A stretch of 63,507 bases of DNA, counting the filler, from Trichomonas gallinae (lineage: Eukaryota): NCBI GenBank assembly GCA_008369845.1. It is 7 parts of 7 records of this genome, joined end to end, with 100 filler letters (N's around TTAATTAATTAA, not from the genome) between each part and the next. Parts side by side here need not be neighbours in the genome. Positions count along the whole stretch, not along the records: positions 20,789 to 28,686 come from MRSU01000241.1; positions 28,787 to 44,466 come from MRSU01000242.1; 5 more parts are not named here. One strand, 5' to 3'. Both the position numbers and the translations under genes were made by a program. The notes under the pieces were generated by a model. The model saw only the letters and a program-made list of their open reading frames with translations, ran no database searches and was not told where the DNA came from. Positions 22,341 through 33,419 of this stretch are shown in pieces (position 1 is the first letter of the stretch; every line of letters begins with the position of its first letter).

Positions 22341-24587
22341 TTGTATCGTCAGAGTCTTTCAAAAAGGAATTTTTTCGCTTTTTTGGGTATCTTTCTTATA
22401 CGTATATCTAAATAAAACATGATGCTAAAAAGTGCTAATTGTATATTAAATTTTTCCTTTTTATCAATCTAAATTGAAACATATAATCTATTTCCTATAA
22501 AAATCATTTTGCAGTCCAAATTTTTGTTGTTTTGCAGTTATTTTCAAATTATTTTATCAAAAACTTTGATTTGAAATGAAATATTGCTAATGTTATTTCC
22601 ACTCTTTTTACTTATTCCATCAATTTGAATTTTTATTAAAATTGTCATGAATTTCAATTTTATTGATCGTGAATGATCAATATATCTATAGTAGATATTA
22701 TTTATTTCATAAAATTAATATTTGAAAAGAGTTATCCTTGATCAAGTTTTTCATCAATAGAATGGCCTATCTGTTGCATTTTTATATATTAGAAGTGTTA
22801 TTATAATAGGAATGAATATAGAGAATGATAATATTAAGCCTCGAGTTTTATATATGATGCTTTGATATGAAAATTTTATGATTTTTACTAACGAAGCTAA
22901 AATATTCAAAATCAGTTGAGAATGATATTCATGGTATATAGGATTATTTGTGCTTATTTCAATTGTAAAAATCAATATGGCTCAATTTGAAAAAATATTG
23001 AAAATTTAAAATAGCATTTTGACATAATCTCTAGTCATATTTAATATATGTATGCTCTACAATGAACATAACTCAAACCTTTTTTCCTGAATCGGACATT
23101 AAAATTGTATTGTATTAATAAACATTGATTATAGACATGTCCACAAATGTAAATGACTACTTAGTTGTATGTGAATAGTTGGTCCAACCTAATTCAATAA
23201 TGTCATGTCTATATTTGGGTCGAATGTGCAAACCTTAAATATGGTTGATATAAAACTGGATTTAGTCTTATATATAGGCAGAAAAAGATATTTTCTGAAT
23301 ATTGTCTCAGCATTCGAATATTAAATTTTTTGAATTATTTAAATTATTGATAAATCTTCAATCTGAATAAATATTTTTGTTCTATGCTATTAATAGCTCA
23401 AATATATGGTTTCAAAATCGAAAAATAACTATTTTTGATATATTAAAACGAGAAATAAGAAAAAAAATCCAAATACTATTATTTAAATTTTATAAATGAT
23501 GTTTGAAAAATGAATGAGACAAAAATTTTGTTTTTACGTGCTATATTCTTAATATAGCATCTAGGTGTGATAGATGTGAGAAATATACAAAAATTTTTAT
23601 ATGATTCTGATAAAAATAACAAATTTCATCTTTCATTCATGTAAATTTATGCTATTCAAGGTTCAAATCAATATAAATCCCTATATATGACAATATTAAT
23701 TCGTTTTGCAGCTTAACTGATTCGATTTATAGTAGTAAGAGATTGATGGAAAATTTCCTTAGCAAGTATCATTGTTTTTAAGACTTCTTTCTATGATAAT
23801 TTTGCTAAACAAATGGTGTAGCGTGTGACTAAATATGATGAATCCGATATAATCACTTTTTCGAGATTGAATGATTAGCGAGCATATTATAGAACTAAAA
23901 TTTTAATGAAAATACACTTAGTATAGGTTTATATACTCAAACATATTGTACAATTAAACATATTCATATTGCTGAAAATTGAGAATAAAAAAACCGTAAT
24001 AGAAAAAAACGTGCGTTTTAGAAAAAGAGGAAAAATATTTCAACAGTATCAGATTAATACCAACAATATTTAATGTCGATTAATTTCCACACAAAATTGT
24101 GTAATTTACTCATTGAAATTTTGAAGATCCAGCCAAAACTAATACATTATATAGTATAGCCAACAACAAACATTTTTGTTCGTCTTCTCGAAAAAATTGA
24201 AGTCAATTTTATAAAATGTAAAGTAAGACATTATCGTTGAAAAGTTTTATTTAATATGAAATAGGGGAGTTCAGCGTTAAATATTTTATTAATTAATTTT
24301 TGATAGAAATTTATACGGTGTATAATATAGATATTAAAAATATAGTTGGTTAATAATTTTTGAATTTCAGAAATACGTGCTGATACGCCCGTAAAATTCT
24401 CTCAAATTAAATTTTTCTGACAAAATACTATTTTTATATAAATTTGTAAATAACATTAATAGAATAAAATATATTTTTCATTCACAAAAATATTATTTGA
24501 TATTATCATTATATATGATGTATATGTTAATTTCATTTTTTGTTTGCTCACAAAAAATTGTGAGGCATTTTATCGTATTTTTTTTAG

Positions 24588-27500
24588 ATGATTTCATGGT
24601 TATTAATAAAGCATATTCGCAATGATTATGACAGTAAATTAACGAGGTTTAACTCGTTACAAAGCAACCCTGATTCCACGAATTATCCTGTTATTCCTAA
24701 TATTAATGTCGAAAATAACTCGGATCAAAAATTCAACTTGGATTGCTTCATAAATTACCAGATCAAACTATATGTGTATGAAAGAAATGAAATCAATCCA
24801 GAAAATAAAGCAGTTACGTTATTAAATATCAATAATCAAAATATCATCTACAAATATTTGAAATTAGGATTTGAAATTTCTGCAAAGGATGTATCTAACT
24901 CAAATTATGTTATTACAACAGTTAAATCTAATATAAATAATTTTCACTTTTCAAACATTACGAAATTTCAAGATAAATTCTCAATTAATTCAAAATCTAG
25001 CATATATTGTAACCAGAAAAAGCCAATCAAGTCAATTCAATACATTAAATATGTTATTTCACCAATTTTAATTATATTCATTATGTTATCTTTAATTTTC
25101 AAAATAACTCCACTTGCAGACAAATACATATCATCACCTGATTTTACATTCTTCTATATGACGAAACAAGGACATGTTTTAACACCATTATCTCGAAAAT
25201 TACCTAAATCCGTAAAAAGATTTGTTAAAAATATCAGAGAATTCCCTAAAAGCGAAGGCACTATTCACGATATCTATACAAATAATAATCAAGAAATTTA
25301 TCAAATTATTTTGCAAAAAGTATCAGATAACATTGTTCAGTGTTCAATACTAAAATCTACTATCGAAAGAAACGACATTGATTGCGAAATGAGAGATGAT
25401 GGAGTTGTTTATACAATTGATGATACTGATGAAAGATATATGACAGATGCGAAGCTTACATTCAAATCAGATGGTCCACATTCAATAACTGTTGACTTAA
25501 ACATCGAACAAAAACCAGTATCAATAAAAATTGATCCAAAAGATCTTTTTGACATCAGTATTGGCCGCCAATCAAATGAGATTTCAAAATTTATTGAGAT
25601 ACAGCTTTCATTGTTCAGACAGGGAATCGCTTCTAAGCCAAATAGATCGAATTTTATTAATTTCCTTCAAACAGCGAAATCAAAGCTCGACTACAAAGGC
25701 CTAGCATTGTTTATCATGGAGGGACCAAATAAGGCAACAATCGTTAAATTCTGTGACAATAACGAAATTAAAGAGAGAGTCACGCAATTCGAGCAAGATT
25801 TTTATGAAGAAAAGATACATACAGATGATGTTTCTAAATTCAACATCGGTGCTTATCGATATGGCGTTCATACAATTTCGATTCAAAGATCTCGATATAT
25901 GATCGTTTTGGTTATAGATTCGAGGACAAATATCATGAGATCCATCGAATTCAACTTCCACGCTATTCTTTCTATGCTTGTCACATATAATCATAACAAA
26001 TTAAATAAAAATGTTTCAGAAGGTCATAATTTGCGCGCAGAACGCATATGGTTCAAGAACATAACTGTTGCTGAGTACGAAGAAGACAAATATTCATGGT
26101 CTATTGGAAATCTCTATGGAACACCAATAACTAAGGAAGAAGCAGACGAAATTTACATGAGAACAGGCGAAGCGATGAAAGAAATGGAGTCCCCTTTCAA
26201 AGCATTTGTTGTACCGATGTGGGAGACACCAAGCTCGAGAAGAATCCTAGAGATAGCAAGCAAATACTCTGTCTGCAAGATATCGAACAAAAAAGTTGTC
26301 ACTTTCATTGCGCGTGATGTGACAGATATTTACGGAAACGGAATTTATAACAACTCACAATTGCAATCTCGAGTCTTAGGTGCTGTAATGTTGCATGCAA
26401 CACGTGTCAGTGGAAAAGACTTGAATCTTGAAGTAAGAAACACTTCGAAGTTGTTTTTGGGAGAAATTCCTGCTGCCTCTTTCTCTTCGCTAACATTCAT
26501 AACAGACTCGAAAATATTGAAAGAGTTTTCAAAGAAGATCCACAAAACAATCAGGCTCATCAAGAAGCGCGGCGACTCTGTTGTTGCATCCACAATTCCA
26601 TTGGGCGAAGATGGCGACTTCTTGATTCTTCCACAGAAGACATACGGCAAAGCTTTGACGAGCATCAAGATGTACAAACAAAATGCGAACAACGAGACGA
26701 TTTCGTTGCGAAGCATGTCTCGGAGGAAGTACAGCGACGTCAAGTCAGACGATGAAACAAACAAACATTTCAACTGGATTGTCGATTCAGCCGAAGAAGA
26801 GGTCCAGCACAGACTGAACATGTCAAATGGAAACTTCATCAGGAACAACAACTCAACAGTCGGATTCAACCCTCAGTTCTCGTCAGGAGACATCATCGAC
26901 GGGAAGAACGAAGTGAGGGTTTCACTGATGGATCTGTCACAAGATACATTCTTCGACATCAATATCGCGCTGAAGAAGCGGAAGAACAAAAAACCAGACA
27001 TCCCTGAGCTCTCATATTCGCCGAGATGCGAGAAACACTTGCAGATGATCACAGGCCCAATTTACTTCAGGGACATCAACAACTTTTACAGGTGTGTTTC
27101 AGACGCATTCAAGTACGGCCACTCAGCGATTTTGATCAACATGAACGAGCGATCATCAGTTCGTCCATTCTTGATATACGCGGAGCACAACCATGATGTA
27201 TTGTCTATCGTCATGCTTTCTATCGAAGAGGAGAACTACATCGCTAACAAAGCATCTGCAGTCATGGTTGCAATGGATGCAGTGAATCCTACACACCACA
27301 TCTTCCCATGGCGTTTCCAGTTCATCGAGACAACAGATTGCATATACAGTGTTACGCCATCAGGTCCACATCCAGCAATGTTCTCGAAGAGCTCAATGGT
27401 CCACATGGTCTTCGACGACCAGCGTCGCCATCTTGTTGCTAGCCTCGAGTCAGGATACGTCGACATGTTCATCTTGATCAAGTACGAAGAAGCTCGTTGG

Positions 27501-27701
27501 TACATTCTACGCGGCCAGCGAGTTGGTGACGAGGTCCACGGGATGAATGTCTTAGCACCATATGGATCTATTCCAATCTTTCTCAAGCCAGAGACAATCA
27601 GGAAGTTTGCGAACTCACTTCTTAAGAAGTTCAAAGACCTTTCAGAAAAGATTTCATTTGACATTCACGAGTTTGAAGAATCTATTCACAAGTTATACTA
27701 A
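24588..27701 (+). CDS. Large single-pass membrane protein, possibly with degenerate GAF/PAS-like domains
   Basis: 1037-aa ORF with the TM segment YVISPILIIFIMLSLIF, PAC-like VTFIARDVTD, and a PAS-like C-terminus (VFDDQR..RWYILRG). Confidence 0.7.
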   Translation: MISWLLIKHIRNDYDSKLTRFNSLQSNPDSTNYPVIPNINVENNSDQKFNLDCFINYQIKLYVYERNEINPENKAVTLLNINNQNIIYKYLKLGFEISAKDVSNSNYVITTVKSNINNFHFSNITKFQDKFSINSKSSIYCNQKKPIKSIQYIKYVISPILIIFIMLSLIFKITPLADKYISSPDFTFFYMTKQGHVLTPLSRKLPKSVKRFVKNIREFPKSEGTIHDIYTNNNQEIYQIILQKVSDNIVQCSILKSTIERNDIDCEMRDDGVVYTIDDTDERYMTDAKLTFKSDGPHSITVDLNIEQKPVSIKIDPKDLFDISIGRQSNEISKFIEIQLSLFRQGIASKPNRSNFINFLQTAKSKLDYKGLALFIMEGPNKATIVKFCDNNEIKERVTQFEQDFYEEKIHTDDVSKFNIGAYRYGVHTISIQRSRYMIVLVIDSRTNIMRSIEFNFHAILSMLVTYNHNKLNKNVSEGHNLRAERIWFKNITVAEYEEDKYSWSIGNLYGTPITKEEADEIYMRTGEAMKEMESPFKAFVVPMWETPSSRRILEIASKYSVCKISNKKVVTFIARDVTDIYGNGIYNNSQLQSRVLGAVMLHATRVSGKDLNLEVRNTSKLFLGEIPAASFSSLTFITDSKILKEFSKKIHKTIRLIKKRGDSVVASTIPLGEDGDFLILPQKTYGKALTSIKMYKQNANNETISLRSMSRRKYSDVKSDDETNKHFNWIVDSAEEEVQHRLNMSNGNFIRNNNSTVGFNPQFSSGDIIDGKNEVRVSLMDLSQDTFFDINIALKKRKNKKPDIPELSYSPRCEKHLQMITGPIYFRDINNFYRCVSDAFKYGHSAILINMNERSSVRPFLIYAEHNHDVLSIVMLSIEEENYIANKASAVMVAMDAVNPTHHIFPWRFQFIETTDCIYSVTPSGPHPAMFSKSSMVHMVFDDQRRHLVASLESGYVDMFILIKYEEARWYILRGQRVGDEVHGMNVLAPYGSIPIFLKPETIRKFANSLLKKFKDLSEKISFDIHEFEESIHKLY

Positions 27702-27761
27702 TTATTTTATTGATATTAGTTTATATTTATTATTACTTTTGTGTGTATAAATTTTATTTTA

Positions 27762-28685
27762 TTATATGTAGCAGAATATTAACACATAGAAATGATACTT
27801 CAAAGCAAAATCTGCCCTTGATTCACATGAAAAGCCAATATATTTTTCGATTTTTATGTTTGAATTCAACTTCTTTTTTGCAATACATTCATATGTCGAA
27901 AGATGTGCAAGAACATTCAAATCATTCTTCATAATTAGACCTGTTGAACTGAATGATCCTGTACCGGCATTGTAATAATCATTTCTATCGAAATTACAAT
28001 ATTTAACAAACAAATTTCCATTAATTGCAAAATTATGTCCATTATTTCCATTCCCAAATACTGTGCAGTTCCGAACAATGACATCACCTTCTGCATATAT
28101 TGTGCCATAAGCAGAATCTCCTTGAGTATTTTTAACAATGTTGCATTTATAATCTTGATAAAAACCTTTATCACTACTTCCATGAAATAAACAAATATGC
28201 CCTTGCGCGTTGTTTCCTTCAAATGTCGAAAAGTTAATCATTGATATTCCTATAGTATTATACACCCTGAAACCAGAAAAATAATTCAAAGAATTTTTAG
28301 AAATATTCGACGAAAAAATCCCAAAATTGCCAAAATGTGAAAGAATTAAATCATCGCAACTTGTTTGTGAACAAGATGAAATTGAGCATTCAATGATGTA
28401 ATTTTGTCGATCAATGTTGTTATTTTGAAGATGTGTGTATGAATGAAATCCATTTCCACTTGTAATAAAAGTGTTGATTGTGCAAAACCTGTGTTGGACA
28501 ATAGAACTTTGGCAATAGAAATATATTGCTCCTCCAGCCCCACTTCTTTGGCATTTATTGAAGAAGCAAGAAGAGTGAAGGAATTTAAAATTATTCGAAT
28601 TAATATATATTGATCCAGACTTTTGATCTTCAAACGTACTTTTGTAGACGTATATCTCGTTCTTGTTCTGGTTAATGCCGCAGTT
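27762..28685 (-). CDS. Pmp-like/beta-helix putative surface protein, 5'-truncated by the gap
   Basis: A single open frame runs from the gap (NCGINQNKNEIYVYKSTF..FNKC..GAGGAIYFY..) into the 175-aa track ORF. It has GGAI and FxxN motifs and a hydrophobic C-tail. Confidence 0.75.
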   Translation of the reverse strand, partial: NCGINQNKNEIYVYKSTFEDQKSGSIYINSNNFKFLHSSCFFNKCQRSGAGGAIYFYCQSSIVQHRFCTINTFITSGNGFHSYTHLQNNNIDRQNYIIECSISSCSQTSCDDLILSHFGNFGIFSSNISKNSLNYFSGFRVYNTIGISMINFSTFEGNNAQGHICLFHGSSDKGFYQDYKCNIVKNTQGDSAYGTIYAEGDVIVRNCTVFGNGNNGHNFAINGNLFVKYCNFDRNDYYNAGTGSFSSTGLIMKNDLNVLAHLSTYECIAKKKLNSNIKIEKYIGFSCESRADFALKYHFYVLIFCYI

Positions 28686-28686
28686 T

Positions 28687-28786
28687 NNNNNNNNNNNNNN
28701 NNNNNNNNNNNNNNNNNNNNNNNNNNNNNNTTAATTAATTAANNNNNNNNNNNNNNNNNNNNNNNNNNNNNNNNNNNNNNNNNNNN
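28687..28786. other. Artificial contig linker
   Basis: N-TTAATTAATTAA-N, 100 bp. Confidence 0.97.
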
Positions 28787-28856
28787 GGTCATAGTGTAAT
28801 GGTTATCATGTAAGATTGTCGTTCTTTTGATCCGGGTTCGATTCCCGGTGACCGAG
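28787..28856 (+). tRNA. tRNA-Asp(GTC), first 2 nt lost in the gap
   Basis: Acceptor stem (TC)GGTCA/TGACCGA plus discriminator G, D arm GTGTAATGGTTATCAT, anticodon GTC at 28818-28820, T arm CCGGG-TTCGATT-CCCGG, followed by a T6 Pol III terminator. Confidence 0.93.
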
Positions 28857-29074
28857 CTTTTTTCTAATTTTATCAAGACCCGCCTGTTTTTCATTGTAAA
28901 TCAATTTATCAAATGATTTTTCTCATCACCATCGATATTATTGCATCTATAGATGATTTAAATATTATTTCCAATATAAAAATCTTAGTACTTATTTTAT
29001 CCTTGATTTGGACAAGATATTCATTGTAAAAAAAAATGTCATGTAATTTTTAATTGTCAAAAATTTTTCAAAAA

Positions 29075-29758
29075 ATGACAGTAAAAACACCTAAACTTGT
29101 TGAATTACTAAAAAATGCAGGATTAGGTGAAAACGAGATCAATAACATGAGGGAGAAAGAGTTTAGAGAACTTGTTGTTGCTTTGGGTGAAGAACACGGA
29201 AGTTCATTTGAAGCAATTCAAGAAAAACTCGACGGAAAGCAAGTTCACTATATAAATAATCCTCCACCAATAATAACTATTGAAGATAATGACACTTCTT
29301 TTCTTACGGTTCCTCCTGTTTTCGAAGAAAACGACAGCAAATACGAAATTAAACTTATTACTGATGAAGACATCTACAAACAACGAAATATGCTCTCTGT
29401 TGATGAATTGCACACGTATCGTCGTCAATTAGTTCGAAGTTTAATCATATCAGAAAGTGAACGCTACATACATTCTCTAAACAACCTTGTGTCTAAACTA
29501 CCACCAGAATCACCGTCGAACTTTCTAGTTTCAGTTATATTACATAATGGAATTCGAGTTAATCGTTCTTTTCCATTAGACTCACAGATCAGTCAAGTTT
29601 ATATCTTTGCTGCCAACCAAAAGAGTCTGCAAGATGATCAAATCAAGCTTGGAAATTTCATCCTAATCGAAAAAGATGGAAATGAAGCTGATCCATCCAA
29701 TTATTTTTCATCATTCTCAGATCCACATCATGTATTATTGCTAATGCGTTTACTATAA
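29075..29758 (+). CDS. UBX-domain protein
   Basis: C-terminal LPPES..VILHNGIRVNRSFPLDSQISQVYIF. The first in-frame ATG is at 29075. Confidence 0.75.
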   Translation: MTVKTPKLVELLKNAGLGENEINNMREKEFRELVVALGEEHGSSFEAIQEKLDGKQVHYINNPPPIITIEDNDTSFLTVPPVFEENDSKYEIKLITDEDIYKQRNMLSVDELHTYRRQLVRSLIISESERYIHSLNNLVSKLPPESPSNFLVSVILHNGIRVNRSFPLDSQISQVYIFAANQKSLQDDQIKLGNFILIEKDGNEADPSNYFSSFSDPHHVLLLMRLL

Positions 29759-30009
29759 TTATTTGGATTTTCAAATTTCGTTTTTCTTGCATAATATTTT
29801 ATGTATATCAATACATAAGATAGATGGAAATGTAATTAATGCGTAATTGTTCAGATTTATAACATTTTTCAATATCCTTATCAATTTACCAAGAATTTCG
29901 GATATATATACGTTAGTATATCTATACTTGTTGCATGGATTGTATCATTACCTAACAATTGTTATCAAATGAAATTCTAATAAATAATAAATCTTTATCA
30001 AATACAGTT

Positions 30010-30957
30010 CTAATCTGCTTTTGGCTTATCGAATAATACTTTGTTTGTCATAGAAAATGGTTTTGTGTGTAAAGCGTTTGCGATCTGAAGCTCTGCATCC
30101 ACAGCTTTCTCTTGTGGTGTTTTTTCTGAACCTTTCCAGTTCAATGGCTCGAGCACAGTGGCGTCAACTGTCATGAATGGGATGGCGAAGCACTGGTAGC
30201 AGTAGAAATACCAGTTATCTTCGTTCCAAGAAATTTGAGCAATTTCTTTAGGCATCAGATATTGTCTATAACGGATTGCAATAGCTTGCACTGGTGTTTC
30301 TGCAACGAAAGCACCGGATCTGAAGCCAACTAAAGCATCACCATTCGTAATTTTTCCTTCTGGGAAGACCAAAACTGGTAATAATGATGGATCATTGGCT
30401 ATGTTAACGAGTTGTTGCGTAATGTGATTGTTTTTATTGCTTCTGTCGACGAATACAATTTCAAAAACTTGACGGACGCGCTTAATGAAAATATGAGATG
30501 CTAAATTCGATGCTGCAAGGTATGCAACTGGGAAGTGATAGAGAATAATCAATGTTTCGACAAGACATAAGTGATTTGCAATGATGGTTCTCGAATCTTC
30601 ATGAAGGACGCCAGAATAGTTAATATTGACAATACCAAGACCTAACAATGCCAATCTGACAAATGGTTTGCAAATTGATTGTGCCCATTTTTTGTATTCA
30701 CGATTATTTCTAAATCTTCCTCGGAAATATGGAACAAAAATGCAAACAACGTAAAATGCAGCGAATGAGAAAAGTACTACGAGGATTTTTATAGGTCCAA
30801 GGAAAAGGAAAAAGCATAATAGCCTATAAAATCTCTGTAATATATTAGGAGTCGCCGGTTTGAACAACGCCATAAACTCTTCCTTCGTGTTGTCGATCAG
30901 TTGGGTCTGGTCGTGGCACTCTGGGTTATCATAAGGAAGCTCATAATACAATTTCAT
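30010..30957 (-). CDS. Lysophospholipid/glycerolipid acyltransferase (PlsC/LPCAT-like)
   Basis: N-terminal TM segments, NHLCLVE (NHX4D-like), FVDR, VFPEG and FRSGAF. Confidence 0.88.
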   Translation of the reverse strand: MKLYYELPYDNPECHDQTQLIDNTKEEFMALFKPATPNILQRFYRLLCFFLFLGPIKILVVLFSFAAFYVVCIFVPYFRGRFRNNREYKKWAQSICKPFVRLALLGLGIVNINYSGVLHEDSRTIIANHLCLVETLIILYHFPVAYLAASNLASHIFIKRVRQVFEIVFVDRSNKNNHITQQLVNIANDPSLLPVLVFPEGKITNGDALVGFRSGAFVAETPVQAIAIRYRQYLMPKEIAQISWNEDNWYFYCYQCFAIPFMTVDATVLEPLNWKGSEKTPQEKAVDAELQIANALHTKPFSMTNKVLFDKPKAD

Positions 30958-31774
30958 TATTATTCTATCGTTAATTTTTTATTTGGAGGAGTTTTTTAAA
31001 AACCACTTATCCCATAAATATTCATTTCGCTTTTTTACAACAAAAAAAAAATAAAGTCATGTAATTTATAACCTTATTTATTTCAACTATAAATAATCGT
31101 AAAGTGATAGTAATGGAATAAACTTATCCAACAACCACCAATTATATCTTATAACTATTTATATTATTAGACAGAGCACTCATTGCATCGTTGCTAAAAT
31201 TCAAACTCCAATATAAAAATTTATCAAATTTCAACAAATTGCTATTATCTGTTTCCAAATACAAAAATAGTATTTTATTCATTCTATATATGTTAATTTA
31301 TTGAATATGAGATGATGATATTAATTATTTGGTGCCAAAAAATTAGTAAAATCTTTGGTAAAATTTTGTCATGTAAAATATAATTTATGATAAAATCTGA
31401 CATGTAAACATAAAATTTATGGAAATTTTTTGACGATTTAATGAAACAGTCCAATTTTATTTGCAAACTGTTTTAAATTGACTAAAACACATGATTCTCT
31501 TAAAAATAAGGCTTTTTGTAACATTTATTCCATATTTAGCTCCAATCAAGGATAATTAGATTTATATCATTCCTAGTCCATAAAAAGCATTTTTTCATGA
31601 TCAAAACTAGTAGTTGTCGGTGGCTTTGTAAAACTTCATCTCACGCAACATGAAAAACTCAAAATTAGACGATTTCTCCACTATAAAACATCTTATAATA
31701 TATAGAAGAGCCCAAAAATCGCGCCATTCATGTTTTACAAAAAAAATTTTGTTGCGAAAAAAAAATTAAAATTG

Positions 31775-32959
31775 ATGATTTCCGCCATCTGTGAGTACTT
31801 TGTCGAACCTAACGATGGTGTGTTAAACGAAGGATACGACAACAAATACGGAGTTCTCATTGTCGCGAAGGATCAGAAGATTAAAGGCCCAGATGGAAGT
31901 TATTTCAGGATTGTCAGCCCTTTAGGCAACGGGCAATTCGGAAATGTATTCCAAGTGGAGTGTATATCGGATAACTCAATCTCTCCTACAGTGTACGCGA
32001 TGAAAATCACTCGTTCCCAGGAAACATATCGAAAACAGGCAAACCACGAGATCGAGGTACATAAAATAGTACGTATTTATGCTGTGCGCTAACCCGCGCA
32101 GCTGTTTTTTTACAATACTAACACACAGATTCAAGAGTACGCAACTCCCGAAGAAAGGAAGTCAATTATAACAATGATTACGGCATTCGAATATCATAAT
32201 CACGTTTGCATAGTCAACGAGTATTTATCAATGGACTTATATCAGGTACTTAAGCGTCGTGAGTTCAACGGACTCCCGATTAACCTCGTTAGAAGCCTTT
32301 TGAGACAGCTTCTGAACGACTTGGTGGTCCTCAAAAGGCTCAACATAATTCATGGCGACATCAAACCTGAAAATATCATGCTTGTTGATGGTTATTCGCC
32401 AAATATCAAATTAATCGACTTTGGATCAGCAAAATTGGCTGGAAATTGGGGAGATTTTTACTTCCAATCAAGATACTACAGGGCCCCAGAGGTCGTTTTG
32501 CATCTGCAGTATGATTACAAAGTTGATGTATGGAGTGTCGCCTGCGTCGCAATTGAGATGTTTATTGGCAACCCAATATTCGCGGGCCAGAACGAGCTCC
32601 ATCTACTACAGCTTATCTCTCGCTACGATCAAAATATCCCACACTCGATGATCAAAAACTCGCCAATAAGAAATGAATTTTTTAACAAGGACTATACATT
32701 TAAGACATTGAATCAGTACTGCTACGAGAATGATCTTCCTGTTCCGGAGTTTCATGATTATCTGCTTTACCATACAATCCCGGAGGTGATCATGAACTAC
32801 CAAATGCCCGCCACCATTAAGCATGGCCCTGCACTCCAAAGGGAGAAAGGAAGACGTGAGCAATTTATTAATTTGATGCTCAAAATGCTTACTGTTGATC
32901 CAAAGCTTCGCCCAGAGCCAGAAAAGTGCCTTGAAGATCCATTCTTTTCATCTGGTTAA
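31775..32959 (+). CDS. Yak1/DYRK-family CMGC kinase with two exons (31775-32068 and 32129-32959), 374 aa
   Basis: NEGYDN box, LGNGQFG, HGDIKPEN, DFGSA and QSRYYRAPE. Splicing joins ..EVHKI to IQEYATPEERKSIITMITAFEYHNH in frame. An alternative in-frame ATG lies at 31730. Confidence 0.92.
32069..32128 (+). other. 60-nt spliceosomal intron, phase 0
   Basis: GTACGT 5' site, exact ACTAACACACAG 3' motif, and it contains the in-frame TAA that truncates the first ORF. Confidence 0.95.
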
Positions 32960-33419
32960 GAATCATTTTTATTGTTTTACGATATATCTTGAAAACATAT
33001 CGGAAACCACTCGGAAGATCTAGATTTAGGTCATATATTGTTTCTTAAGCAGGAATAAGATAATTTTACTCATTTCGAAATTTTCTTAGTGAAGCAATGC
33101 TTATTTAGACAGAAACTCTCAAATCTCAAGAAAGAACATGCCGAATCTCATAATATAATCTGTATTTTTTTGAAATTATGAAAATTATTATTTGACGAAA
33201 TCAAGATACAGAGTGTACTTTAAAAATGATGATTATTGGCATTTGATGCTAACATGTTATTAATTGTAATTAAAAACTTTGTTTTATTTTAATTATTATA
33301 TTTATCAAGAAATATCTGTATCTATATAATTCAAAATGAAATCTCATTGAAGTGTGCAATATACAATCTATAAAATCCAAAATTAGTTTTAAATTAAAAA
33401 ATATTATTTAAAAAAAACA

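Noticed and set aside
24570..24590. T-run plus AG before the ATG, resembling a 3' splice site
   Set aside because: No ACTAAC branch motif; trichomonad introns do not use this form.
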